From NCBI GenBank assembly GCA_965153285.1, contig OZ229113.1: 64,000 nt of DNA; one strand, written 5' to 3'. The first letter of the stretch is position 1; each line of letters begins with the position of its first letter. Made by a program: the position numbers and the translations under genes. The stretch is from Podarcis tiliguerta. Its lineage: Eukaryota. Positions 48,730 through 60,923 of this stretch are shown piece by piece. The notes under the pieces are model-generated. The model searched no databases. It was not told the origin of the DNA and was given only the letters and a program-made list of their open reading frames with translations.

Positions 48730-51700
48730 AAAAATGTTAGTCAATGTCTTAGTAGAAGTTATTGTTTCCTAATGGGCCTAAAACTCAGACAAAATCAACA
48801 TTAAGCATCTGTTTTTCTGTTCAGCCATGCCAAGCAGCCTTGCACCATGCTGCTGTGTTCAAGAAGCAATGTATGACCTTAAGCCTCTCTGAATCTTGGT
48901 GCTATTTCTCAGCAGCAATTTGCATGAAGGAAGTGGTTGAAATAAGTGGTAGCACTTATGCAAATTGTCATTGGGAAATTGTGTTTGCATTCCAGGTCAG
49001 ACATTATTTTGTATTCTTTGTGGAGTTCAAAACACTCAAACCTAACACTGCAAGTGCTGTAATGTGTGCCAGCAGCCGCAAGGGGGAGTGTCTGCTTTTT
49101 TCCTTTTTTTTCTGTTTGTCCCTTCTAGAATTATGGAGGTTCAGTACTATAAGGTTGTTAAGATTGCCCTAAATTAATATTTTCTCCTGTTACTGAAAAA
49201 GACTCTGTATTCCTGAGTTAAAAATATTACAATATGCCTGGTGCCCATAGTATCGTATGAAAGCTTCACATTGACATTGACCATTATGAACTCATTTTCT
49301 AACCTGTTGATTTATTGATATTTGTTTGCCCCACACATGGAATGAAGAATTGATAGTAAATGTTTTGGTAGAAAGAAAACTCGCATCAGTTGTGAAAACA
49401 AATGCAGGCAGGTAAAACCTAGACATTGGCAAATCTGCCTGCCTGCATTTAGGGCCATACCTCCACAGATAAATTCCATGGCATTACTAGAAAGAAATAG
49501 GCATCTTTCAATAAAGAGAAGCCATGAATGTGTTACCTGGCAGCTGCCTCTGCCACCCAGTATTGAAGGTGGCAGTGTGAGGGGCGGGGGCTGCAGACAG
49601 TATGGAGAACCAAATAAAATCACCTCTTTTCCTGTTCCACTAATGGTAGCCTCTACTAGATCAAAGATCCTTCCATCAGCAGGACACCTTTGCATACAAA
49701 CCAGTATTTTATGGTGTTCGTCCTTCCTTTATTCAGATGGGGATTAATAAAATAAACTTTAACAATAGTGAAATGGTAATTAGCATGTATTTGGAAAACA
49801 TAAACTATAAACTTTATATTAATTTCCTAAACTGCATCTCAAACCTTTTTCTCTATACTGTACACACATCTTGTCAGCACAATCTGTTTTATTTTGCTTC
49901 TGGTTGTTTCTTCAGAGAATAAATCACTGCAAAGACAAAGATAATACTTTGTGATATAGCGTGGTTTATGAAATTTAATATCCTTGTTGGACTAAATCCT
50001 GTTTCCAGCATAAATTCCAGTATAAGGACGCTTCAATAAAATTCAACTCCTTAGATTTTTATTGACTTTCAAGTATCATCTTGGATTACATTAAATTATG
50101 AAATTCAGATTGCTCTAAGGAAAGTAGCATATGAAACTGAACCTTGATTTCCAAGTATGCATTCTAGCTGTAGTTAGTAATTGAATTGGATTGAAGTTGG
50201 GATTGTAAATGGTCCAGATATATAAGCAGGTTAATTTTGCCATTATATTTGGTGTGAAGACCTCCAACATTTCTTGTGTAGTCTAAGAATTTAAATCAGG
50301 ACATGAAAGAAAAAGAGGGAGAAAGAAAGTGTGAAAGTAGAGAATAGAGAAATTGAAGGTGTGCAGTTACAATACCCCTGTATAGGATTCAGCCATCAAG
50401 AATTAGACTATAGGAACAATTATGAGCATGTTCTGAGTCACACACAAGTCCTACTGTTCAATTTTCTAGTGTGTGTTTAGTTGACCTCTGTGCATGTTTG
50501 TTGGCCTCTATGTCTTCTTTCTATTATTAACCCTACCCCTTTAAGGAAAAAAGAGATATATTTTGCGCTACCAGTAATGTGTCATTTCTTATCTGTAGAA
50601 AGCCAAAGAGATATTGTTTACTGATAATATTATTGTGGGAAGTTTTCTCATGTTTCACTGTCTAATTTTGCAACAAGAAAATTTACATTACTAATGCAAG
50701 TTAAATATAGGTGTTTGGATTTATACAAAAGGAGCTTAATGGAATTATGACTTGGATAAATCACTCCATTTCACCCCAACTCATATTGTAATTTGAAGCA
50801 TTTGGTCTGGTGAGCAAAATGAAATAAGCTGTGTCCCTGTAGGCAAAATTCTGTGTAACAAAACCAAGAAAGCAATTATACATCATTATGTGGGCTTGAC
50901 ATTGCTGAGAAATCCCAATACCAAGCTGGTATAGAAATTGAACAGTGGAAGGCAGTAGTCCTCACACCACACCCCCCCCCCCCCAATTTAGACTTGAAGA
51001 GATTGCACATTTTGGAATCTTATAGAATAGAGTGGGAAAGTGGCTCAATGTGAAGTATTTGCCTTTTTTCAACTGGTATTTAAAACTGGGTCACCCTTTC
51101 TGATTCATATTATGATTATTATTAATGTTAAAACCTAGACTACTAAACATTAAAATATCTAAGCAGTATACAGTTCAACATAGCACAAAATAAAACATAA
51201 CATAAAACATGGCATGGGAAAAATCACAATGCAACATCAGTGGTACAGAAGTCCAACTTTAGAAGTCAGAAAAGTGCCAGGCACCTGTATGTTGCCCCAT
51301 CAGGTTATGGCCTGTTGTCACAGTGGATACACTAGATTAAGTGTTTAGGATCAGCATATTGGTTAAAGAAGTACAAACTCACATCAGTTTTAAACATCCA
51401 GAACAAAAATACATTAAGAACTAAATTATGGCTCAAAGTACTGTATAACTCACTTTGTTCTGGGACTGCTCATACTAACATGTCAACTATACCTTACATG
51501 ACAACCTTTCAGGTGGGAAGAGATTTGAAAATCTACTGTCACCGTGGACAGTCTGTCTGAGATTCATGCAAACTACATATTGAGTAATTTTTATTTGAGC
51601 TGCCTTTGGGAAGGAATGAAACTTTAATGAATGGCATAGGAATTGCCACTGTCAAGACAGGCTTTAGACACATACACTGTCAACTGGATTACGTAGCACA

Positions 51701-52379
51701 GTTACTCAGTGCAGATGTGGTTGTAGTTATGAATGGTAAACAGAACGTATCACAATATGTATTCAGTGGTCCTATATTGCTAAACATTCCTCCCCTGTAG
51801 AGGTCCTCAAGATGTACAATATTTTAAATGATGTACAATTCCACTGTCTTTTAAACATTATTTTGGGTGATTCAATAGCAGAAGTTTCTGCTTTGTCAAA
51901 TACTTTAAGAAACAATGCTTGCTTTTTAGCAATATCTTATAATCTGCCATTAAATGAGTGTTAAATAGGTACCAACTCAGCATCCAACTGTTCCTGTAAT
52001 CCCACTGAACGTCTGGGCATAATACAATTTAGATGCTCTTAAACACACTTCAGGTAATCAGCTCATGAACACTAATCCCAGTTAAATTAACATCCATGTT
52101 GTCTGCATTTTTTAAAATTCTATTAATTTGTAGATACTTTGGTGATAGAAACCTGGATGTGAGATGCTGCAGGCATTACATCCAGCCAGAGGTAACTAGA
52201 GCTGCTGAAAAATCTGGCAAGCAGCCTTAACTCTAGCAAACAGCAGAGGCAGCACCAAAGAGTTGCCCAGAAGAGTCACTGACTCAGTATCAACAAGTGT
52301 GTTGTAGCTCCCAATGTTGAAAATTTGCCTCTACACCAGCAGCTGTAACCACTATGATAGCCACTACTGTGCTGCTAGC

Positions 52380-53110
52380 AGAATCATTTGGAGGATTTGT
52401 ATCCTTTTCAGTTTGATTTCTGATCTGCTTCAGGAATGGAAACAGCTTTTATCACCTTGGCAGACAATTTCATCTTTGCTGGCAACAGTCAGGTGGAGTG
52501 CATCACTGTTGAATCTTACAGAGCTTAAAGTGGTTCTTGATGCCATCAACAATATTTCTGAGCTCCCTGGATGAGTTTGTTAATGGATGTAGCATTTTAT
52601 GTTGGTTCTGATCATGCCTGGCAGGCAGGTCTAAGAAGGTGATACTGAAAAACTAATCTGCAGCCCATGGCCTTTGAATTCTGGAATTCATTAGGAATCC
52701 ATCTTGTCACTGTGTTGTTCAGCTGTTACATAAAACTGCTTTGTGAAGTGTAGTGGAAACCCTGAACCAGTGTCTGAGATGTAGGCTAACAAGCTGAAGC
52801 TTTACCCAGACAAGATGGAAATCCTGTTAGTAGAAAGGATTCCTGACCTGCCCTGAATGGGATTATACTCCTCTCACAATAGCAAATAAGTAGTTTGGAG
52901 TGTTTCGGAACTCAGTTTTGTTCCTAAATAGGCAGGTAGAAGTCATAACTAGCAGTACTTTTTCTCAGCTTCATCTAGTATGTCCCTTCTCATTCCTGAG
53001 GAAAGGCTGGTCTTACATACTCTGGTTACTTCCAGTCCAGAGCTCTGAGTAGGGCTGCCTGTGAAAAATGTCCAGAAACTGTAACTGGTATAAAATGCAG
53101 AAGCTAGCTA
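52380..53110 (+). mobile_element. L2 reverse-transcriptase region, heavily decayed
   Basis: SASLLNLTELKVVLDAINN (~SLLILLDLSAAFDTIDH), ANKLKLYPDKMEILLV (~ANKLKLNPDKTE), GLPVKNVQKL*LV*NA (~GLPLKTVRKLQLVQNA). Confidence 0.75.
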
Positions 53111-53826
53111 TTGACCAGATCCCACTAGTTTTAAGTCTCCGCCCCCACCCCAAAATTAAATATGGGTTGGATCCAGGTGAGAGGCAAATTCAAATCAATG
53201 GTATTGGTTTGAGCGATTCTATCCTAAGCATGACTAATCCTGGAATCATCCCATTGATCTTGTCACTCTATTGACATAGATATTGTCAAGAGCCTGGACA
53301 TCCTATTATTGATGTGGAAGAAAATAATAGAATAAGAACCAAGACAGAAGTTTTGTTAAACATATATATGCCACCAAGCAACCACATGTCTAATTCCTCT
53401 TCCCCTTCCCCTGCTAATGGAATTTGTCTCATATAATGTCATGATCTATGTTTTCCCTTCCACACTGTCAGAAAACAATGCAGTGGAGTTGGGGTGGAAA
53501 AACACAGGACATCATTAGATCTTAACATGAGCTGAGGAGAGAGAAACTAGATGTAGTTGGGTTTTTTTTGGTGGGAAACACACTTGTACTTTCTTGTTTG
53601 GTCCTAAGAACACTGGTGGTAGAGTGATGCTGAGCTTAAATTGCCTGTGAGCTGACTGAATTTCCACAACTGCTTCTTAGTGACAATACAGTTCCTTCTG
53701 AGATACTCAAGTAAAGGTTATATACTTGCACAGTTGATTCAGTTGTTCTTAGCTCTTGTTAAAGAAGCTGCTCCCCACTTGTGCATGATTCTTAATTATA
53801 TTAATTTATAAGATTCATGGGTACTT

Positions 53827-54072
53827 GAGAGCCAGTGTGGTGTAGTGGTTAAGAGTGATAGACTCGTAATCTGGGGAACTGGGTTCGTGTCTCCGCTCCT
53901 CCACATGCAGCTGCTGGGTGACCTTGGGCCAGTCACACTTCTTTGAAGTCTCTCAGCCCCACTCACCTCACACAGTGTTTGTTGTGGGGGAGGAAGGGAA
54001 AGGAGAATGTTAGCTGCTTTGCGACTCCTTCGGGTAGTGATAAAGCAGGATATCAAATCCAAACTCTTCTTC
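53827..54072 (+). mobile_element. tRNA-derived SINE (Squam3-like) with (CTT)n tail
   Basis: GAGAGCCAGTGTGGTGTAGTGGTTAAGAG...AAATCCAAACTCTTCTTC; paralog of 3517-3758. Confidence 0.88.
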
Positions 54073-56518
54073 TACAATGAAGCACCATCTGTAAATGTAT
54101 GAATGTAACTCTTCACGGAAAGTTTTAGGCAGTTTAAAGTATTTCTAGAATGCGAATTAGTATCCCTCACTGGTGAGCAGAAATTCAAGGTATAAAAACT
54201 ACTGATGTACATTAAAAGGTTTAAAACTATTTGAGCATGAATACATTCCAGCCACTTAAATTCTCTTGGTAGGTTGATAGCTGCCTTAATTTCATGGCAG
54301 TCCTTGACAGCTGCCCATTGAGAAGTACATTTTTTCAAAAGAAATCATTTATATTTGCCATATCAGCAGTCAGCTCAGATGATGAGAGACTGACAGGTAA
54401 AAAGCAAAAACTTCATAGGATCAATATATTGTTTCCTTCTTGTGAATCTGATGAGTTTTCAGATAGTGCCCCCTTCCTGAATGAATGATAATAGGACAGA
54501 TTACCCTGCTAGCCTGATCTGTAATGGCAGTGTCAACTTAAAATCAGATGTTTTTCCTTTCCTTTCCTTTTATATGTCTCACATGTATGACAGCTGTTAA
54601 ATACTAATTACTGCCTGTGGTATTAAATTACAAAGATTTACAAATATAATATAATGTAGCCTGACACCTCATTATAGATTATTTGCTCCAGCAGGATGTG
54701 ACAGAAATCAACAGGAAACTACCATTTGTTTGGAATATGTTGCCTATAAGAAGTCTGGGTATGATTGGAGGGACCAACAGCATCTTTTTCTCTCTCTACC
54801 CAAATTATTCAAATCACATAATAAATAAGAGAAGTTTCTTTCATATACTGCCTTTATGTTTTTAACCCACCTACTCTGCCCCCTAAAATGGCAGCTTACC
54901 AGTAAGAATTAAGAGCAGTCAGCAAACCACATATTCCCCTCTGATTCCATAGGAGAGGAAACTTTTGCAGATGGATCATGTACCTCATCCACATGTCCCA
55001 TCAGGTCTTTTGCTGCAGATGGGCCTGGTGTCAGTTCTGTGGAGATGCTGGAAGATATCTAAGGTAGCTCTGGAGTTAGGGTCCTCGTACTGACATCTTC
55101 ATGTGCTTTTAACTTAGGAAACAAAAAAACCCCCACAAAAAAACCCAAGTCAGCCAATGGTAACAGGATTAAGAGGAGATTTTATTTTATTTTATCTTAT
55201 TGAAAAAATTGATTAACTGCTAGAGAAAAATATCTTCCACAGGAAATGTAAAGAGACGTGCCAAGATGCTTGAAAAAAGTGGGGGAGGATGATTTCAAAC
55301 TTAGTTTCTTTTCTTTTCCTAGGAAAAATAGATCATGTTCAATTTCAAACTAAATTGCTAGGTCTGTGGGTTCTCTTTTTCTAACCATTTCTTTTGTTCG
55401 GATTTTCCTTTTAAAGAACACTCAAAGCAGCTAAGAAAAAATCACACAATACAACTTGTGAAAAAAGAAACAAATAGATCAAAAGCACATTTCATAACCT
55501 TGGCACCATGACAGCGAACCAGTAGTCAGGGTATTGGCTTTGAGACCCTGTAGGAGGGAGGCAGTGTGTCAGAGACTCTCATTCTATTGTATCTCATATT
55601 CTAGCTCAATGGCTGAGTATAGATGATAAATTAGTAGCTCATTTAGGAGGTGATCATGCCAGTACAATATTGTGTGAACTTTTCTTCCTTTATTAGTTAA
55701 TACATATGGGAAGGGCAAGTAGAGTTTAACATAGATTATGAGCTCACCATACTTGCATGTCAATGATGTAGCCATTTGAATCCTCCACCATTCTATCTAA
55801 GTCCTATATCCTAACCTCAACAAATGAGCATAGCTTAAAGTGTGGGAGTGTTGACAAGACATTCATGTTTGTCAGAGTTAATATTAAGGTTTATGCCTTA
55901 ATATTGACCAAGGGCCAATTTGCCACAAGGGTACCTGGCAGCTGGTGAGCCTTTACCCTAAAGCATCCATTTTGTGCAGTGCAACTCTCCACTACCAACC
56001 ACCACCATGAAGACTGATATGTTCCATAATAGCTGCCAACACTTCATACAACCAAGAAAGTCCCTTCTTCTATCTGAGTGAAACTGTCATTTGTGTAGGA
56101 GGGGTGGGATAGAGTGTGATTTCAGGTTAGCTTGGAAATTATATGTGCCAGTTCCAATGTTTTTGAAAAATGGCTTGTCTTATTTTTGGCCAATTCTAAT
56201 CCAAGATTCCCTGCTCACTTGGGTCACCTCGTGGGCAGTGTTTGCTGCCTGGAGCAGCTGTGAGTCCTGGGTTAGGCCATCTTCTTCCATCATAGCTGAA
56301 GGAGGGGGGTGCCCAGTGACTCTCCTTTTGGTTGTGCTGGTCTGGCGGGAAGGCCAATCAGGAGAGTGGTGGAGGGGGCTAGACCAGGTCTGCCTCCAAA
56401 GTATTTAAGAGGGTGACCCTTAGAAAGTCGCCTTCTTGGGAGACCGACATGGGATTTACCACCCATTTACTAGACTCTAAGTGGGCACGCCAACATATGA
56501 CCTTGTTATGGTTTATAC

Positions 56519-56654
56519 CAGACTTCCTCAGCCTTGGCCCTCCAGATGTTTTGAGACTACAATTCCCATAATCCCTGACCACTGGTCCTGCTAGCTAGGG
56601 ATCATGGGAGTTGTAGGCCAAAAACATCTGGAGGGCCAAGTTTGAGGAAGCCTG
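56519..56654. mobile_element. Non-autonomous hAT MITE with perfect 8-bp TSD
   Basis: TSD GTTTATAC at 56511-56518 and 56655-56662; TIR CAGACTTCCTCA/TGAGGAAGCCTG; same core as 2339-2476. Confidence 0.9.
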
Positions 56655-59600
56655 GTTTATACAGTTGCTGGGTTGGGGGAAGGGGAGGATTTTTTTCCTG
56701 CAAATAAGTTGTTCTTTATGCAGGTTTTTGCCTACCTCATAAGCACTGTCACAACTTTGGTGAATGAGGCAATGATTTGGATCTTTAGTTTAATGGGTGC
56801 CCCATTAAAGGAGTCCAGGAGGGGTATCGCTGTCTGGGAGCCCACAAGGGGGGTTATGGGCCATAGCACCTCTCCCAATGGTGACCTTCAGGATGAAAGC
56901 ACCTGGTACATGTCAGGGGTGACTCTCAGCTCAGGGTTGACCCCACCCAAATTATCTAGCAGCAGATGGGCTGCTTGGCACACACCCAATGTCTTGGTGA
57001 AGACCTACTTAGATATGCAATTAATAAAAAGTTGTGACCTATTTCAACCTTATACAAATATCCTGTGGTTTTTTTCTATGGTTCACCATTCCCCTTCACT
57101 GGGTTGTGGGCAGCATGCACCTGGGCAGCAAACACTCCCCTCACACTCTACTTGTTTCCTGAGCTCTTCTTTGATTACTTGACCATTGGCTTATGGCAGG
57201 ACTTGCCAACCTTTTTGGACTAATGGGCACATTTCAAATTTTGAGAGCTTTCTGAATTGCCAGTCACATATTGGCTGCCATGGAATGGGTGTGGCATAAC
57301 ACAAAATAGAAAGAGACAACTGCCTCCAACAACCTTTGGCTTATCATGGGAAGTCTGCTGTAGGACAGTGCAACTCCATAACCTGAAACATGTGCAAAGT
57401 GAAGTAGGCACAGCCTGCTTGCCATTTGTTCAATTTCTCACCTTTTGCCTCCTTAGTTACTCAGCACCCTTGTTGAATGTCTAGGCTGCCATGGCCCAAT
57501 TGCATCCTTTCCTGTCTCTTAATTGGTGGCTCTGATGTTTGTAGTGCACTGTATTTCTAAACAGAAGTTGGTTTTTATACTTTGAGAATCTTTCATTGAA
57601 AATATGCTAAAATATGTATACTGTTTTATTGCATTGTTTAGCGTTTTACTGCCACTAAATGAACGTTTACAAACAAGGATGGAATATTGATTACCAATAG
57701 AAGAATGCACCTTTGCGTATTCATGAAGATAGAGCATTTGGTGTCAGCAGATTAGATATTTGGATGAAACCCAAACACAAGCTGCAGTTTTATTGTGCTC
57801 CCTATGTTGTGTTTGATTTCTGCTGTATAACACTTTTTAGACAAAAAAGGAAACAAGGAATCTACTGACAAAGCCTTGTTTATGTAGGTTGCCCCATTGT
57901 AACCAAGGAAGCTCTTTACATAAAAGACAGCTGATACCCAAAGAGAAGGAAGGAATGGAATGAGAAGGAGCTAATATTTATTCTAAGAGTGGCTGTGCAC
58001 AGTACTTTAAACCCCATGCTGATGTTCTAATTCAGTCTTGGCCAACCTGGTGCCTTCACATGGTTTGTACTACATCCCCAACTAGTACATCAGTTTGGTG
58101 AAGACTGGTCTAATTGTATAAGTGTGAATGGGGGTCATGATTGTGCCTCACGGTCTTGGCATGTCTATAACATAGTGTTTGTGTATGTGCAAGTCTGAAT
58201 ATTTGGGACCACCACACAGTTGTGTTACATTGTGTGTTCATTCATGAGCGTCTGTGTCAATGATGCAATCTCCTATTCCACTCTCTGCTTATGTATGTAC
58301 CTGGTATTAAAAGGCTTTGTTTTTCCTGAGTAATCCTTCTTCAGAAGACTGCGCACGGTTAAGTAATTAGATTCAGTATTGTTTCTGATAATGTTACTTT
58401 TATTATTTTCCAAGGAATAGTAAGACAAAGCTAAACTATTAGTATAAATGAAGCATAATTGTGCTGCAAAATATGTTGCATGTATTAAATTCAAACAACC
58501 TACATGAAAATCTAAACTAACTGATTTTCTTCTGTCTTTTTCTTTTTCCTTCTCCTTTTGAATATAACCACATCACCTGGATTTACTCTCCCCAATGAAA
58601 CAAAACATACCTTCTGCATCGGGATATATTCTGATATGCTTAAAATAGGTAAGTCAACAGAGTGTTTATGCTCCTATTGTTGTTACCCTGTCATTGCAAT
58701 GTTGTGGTTTTTTTATATAAAAAAATCATAATGTTATAAAAAGATTTATCCCCTGCACTTAATGGGATGAATCCAGATAGACTCTGCAATCCTTTGATTC
58801 CTGGGAAAGTGTACCAGAAAAAGCATAATAGGAAGCATTGGGAGGTTTGACCTTAGGGATTTAACATTGAATGCTTTCACCCTGCTACAGAAAACCTCTG
58901 CTGCCCTTTCCCTACTTATAGCAAAGCTACATCTGGAACATTGGGCTGGAACAGCAGCTCTATAAGCAGATTGGGAGCCATCACATTCCCAGTTCTCTGA
59001 TGTGCCCAAAGCAGGGATGAATCTACACCAGACCTTCAGAGGGCAGAGTGAATTTTCCTCATAATGGTTGTCATTAAAAGCAAGAAAGCAGACAAAGGAA
59101 AAAGGACAGAACAACAAAATAGCACTGCTCCATCGTTCCTTCTATTCTGCAGACATAAGCCCTGGATATGGTGGTGAAGCTACCTTCAGTTTTTTTATAC
59201 CTGCCCCATTAGGATTGCAGCCTAAGAAACCAGTGGCCAAATGAGACATGTCTCAAGTCCAATTTCTGGTTCTAACTTCTTCTTTTTCTGATAGTGAACC
59301 ATTTCTGTTAAGCTTTTTTTTTGGGGGGGGGTACAAGTTTGCTTTTCTTTTATCTAAAAACAAAAGGTGGGATTGTTTATTTTTAAGAGTATTTGTCACA
59401 GTTTCCCCACTTCACAATGCTCTTTCTCTGTCTTTTCCTTCTTGAGCATTCTGGTAAAGAAGATGATTGCAATCGATAAAGGTTGAATATTAACTGCCTT
59501 TCCAATGGTTTCCTTTTATTTTGTGAGATATCTTTGAATAAAATTTTGTCACTACTGAAAGTATTGAGGGATTGATACAAGAACCCAACACCTATGCATT

Positions 59601-60244
59601 CGTGGATCTCATGGGCTGGGCTGTGGGAGAACTGTCCTAACAGCAGCACACAGAACTGGTCTGAATTAGTATTGGTCCCTCTACATTTAACTATGTTATT
59701 TTGCAGACTTTCTCACATTAATTTTTATATATAATTTTGTTTTGGGCATTTCTTTTGAACCTTGTAGGCAAAGAATCTTATACCTGCTCCTCTTACTTTT
59801 GTAACAGTTGACATAAGACTCTGTAACACAAGTGGTCTGTAGTAGAATATTCAGAGTACATGGTATGAACTAAAAGTCAGCTTAGTTTTCTGTAGCCAAC
59901 AGAAATCATTAAATAAATCTCCCATAAGACTAGCTTCCTATGGGTAAATTTGAAAAGGAAGGCAATTTCTTAAAATCCCTTTTTAGGATTTAAACCTTTA
60001 ATTCTTGATTATTTAGCACCCAATGAAGCAAACAAATATACTTCCAGGATTAAGCCAGTACACATACACTGGTTTGTTTTCCCTGGAACAGCTAAAGCCA
60101 AAGCTTGGCATTCTTGTTTTGTCTCCTGAGCCAAGTTAATGAGGCCTAAATGGAACTTGTCTGGAGATTTCTTTTATTGTTAAATTGTTATTTCGGTATT
60201 AATGGTATTGGAGGCAAATAGGTTGGCAGTTAAATAATTGTATG

Positions 60245-60923
60245 CTCAACATCAAAAAAACTAAGATCATGGCCACTGGTCCCATCACCTCCTGGCAAAT
60301 AGAAGGGGAAGAAATGGAGGCAGTGAGAGATTTTACTTTCTTGGGTTCCATGATCACTGCAGATGGTGACAGCAGTCACGAAATTAAAAGACACCTGCTT
60401 CTTGGGAGAAAAGCAGTGACAAACCTAGACAGCATCTTAAAAAGCAGAGACATCACCTTGCCAACAAAGGTCCGTATAGTTAAAGCTATGGTTTTCCCAG
60501 TAGTGATGTATGGAAGTTAGAGCTGGACCATAAAGAAGGCTGATTGCCGAAGAATTGATGCTTTTGAATTATGGTGCTGGAGGAGACTCTTGAGAGTCCC
60601 GTGGACTGCAAGAAGATCAAACCTATCCATTCTTAAGGAAATCAGCCCTGAGTGCTCACTGGAAGGACAGATCCTGAAGCTGAGGCTCCAATACTTTGGC
60701 CACCTCATGAGAAGAGAAGACTCCCTGGAAAAGACCCTGATGTTGGGAAAGATTGAGGGCACAAGGAGAAGGGGATGACAGAGGATGAGATGGTTGGACA
60801 GTGTTCTCAAAGCTACCAACATGAGTTTGACCAAACTGTGGGAGGCAGTGGAAGACAGAAGTGCCTGGCGTGCTCTGGTCCATGGGGTCATGAAGAGTCG
60901 GACACAACTAAACGACTAAACAA
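60245..60923 (+). mobile_element. Bov-B LINE (RTE clade), 5'-truncated, about 680 bp, young
   Basis: One frame LNIKKTKIMATGPITSWQIEGEEMEAVRDFTFLGS...KSRDITLPTKVRIVKAMVFPVVMYG...LRVPWTARRSN...HGVMKSRTQLND* with only two nonsense codons (60518, 60776); ends AAACAA. Confidence 0.95.

Noticed and set aside
51535-51555. RE1-like CACCGTGGACAG (and GGCACCATGACAGCG at ~55502)
   Set aside because: The left half-site lacks TCAG, or the spacing is off by one; likely chance
56190-57182. GC-richer block with a 169-aa ORF, possibly an old LTR interrupted by the MITE
   Set aside because: Could not define termini, TSD or protein similarity
60517-60907. Antisense ORFs (124 aa, 83 aa)
   Set aside because: Shadow frames of the Bov-B ORF
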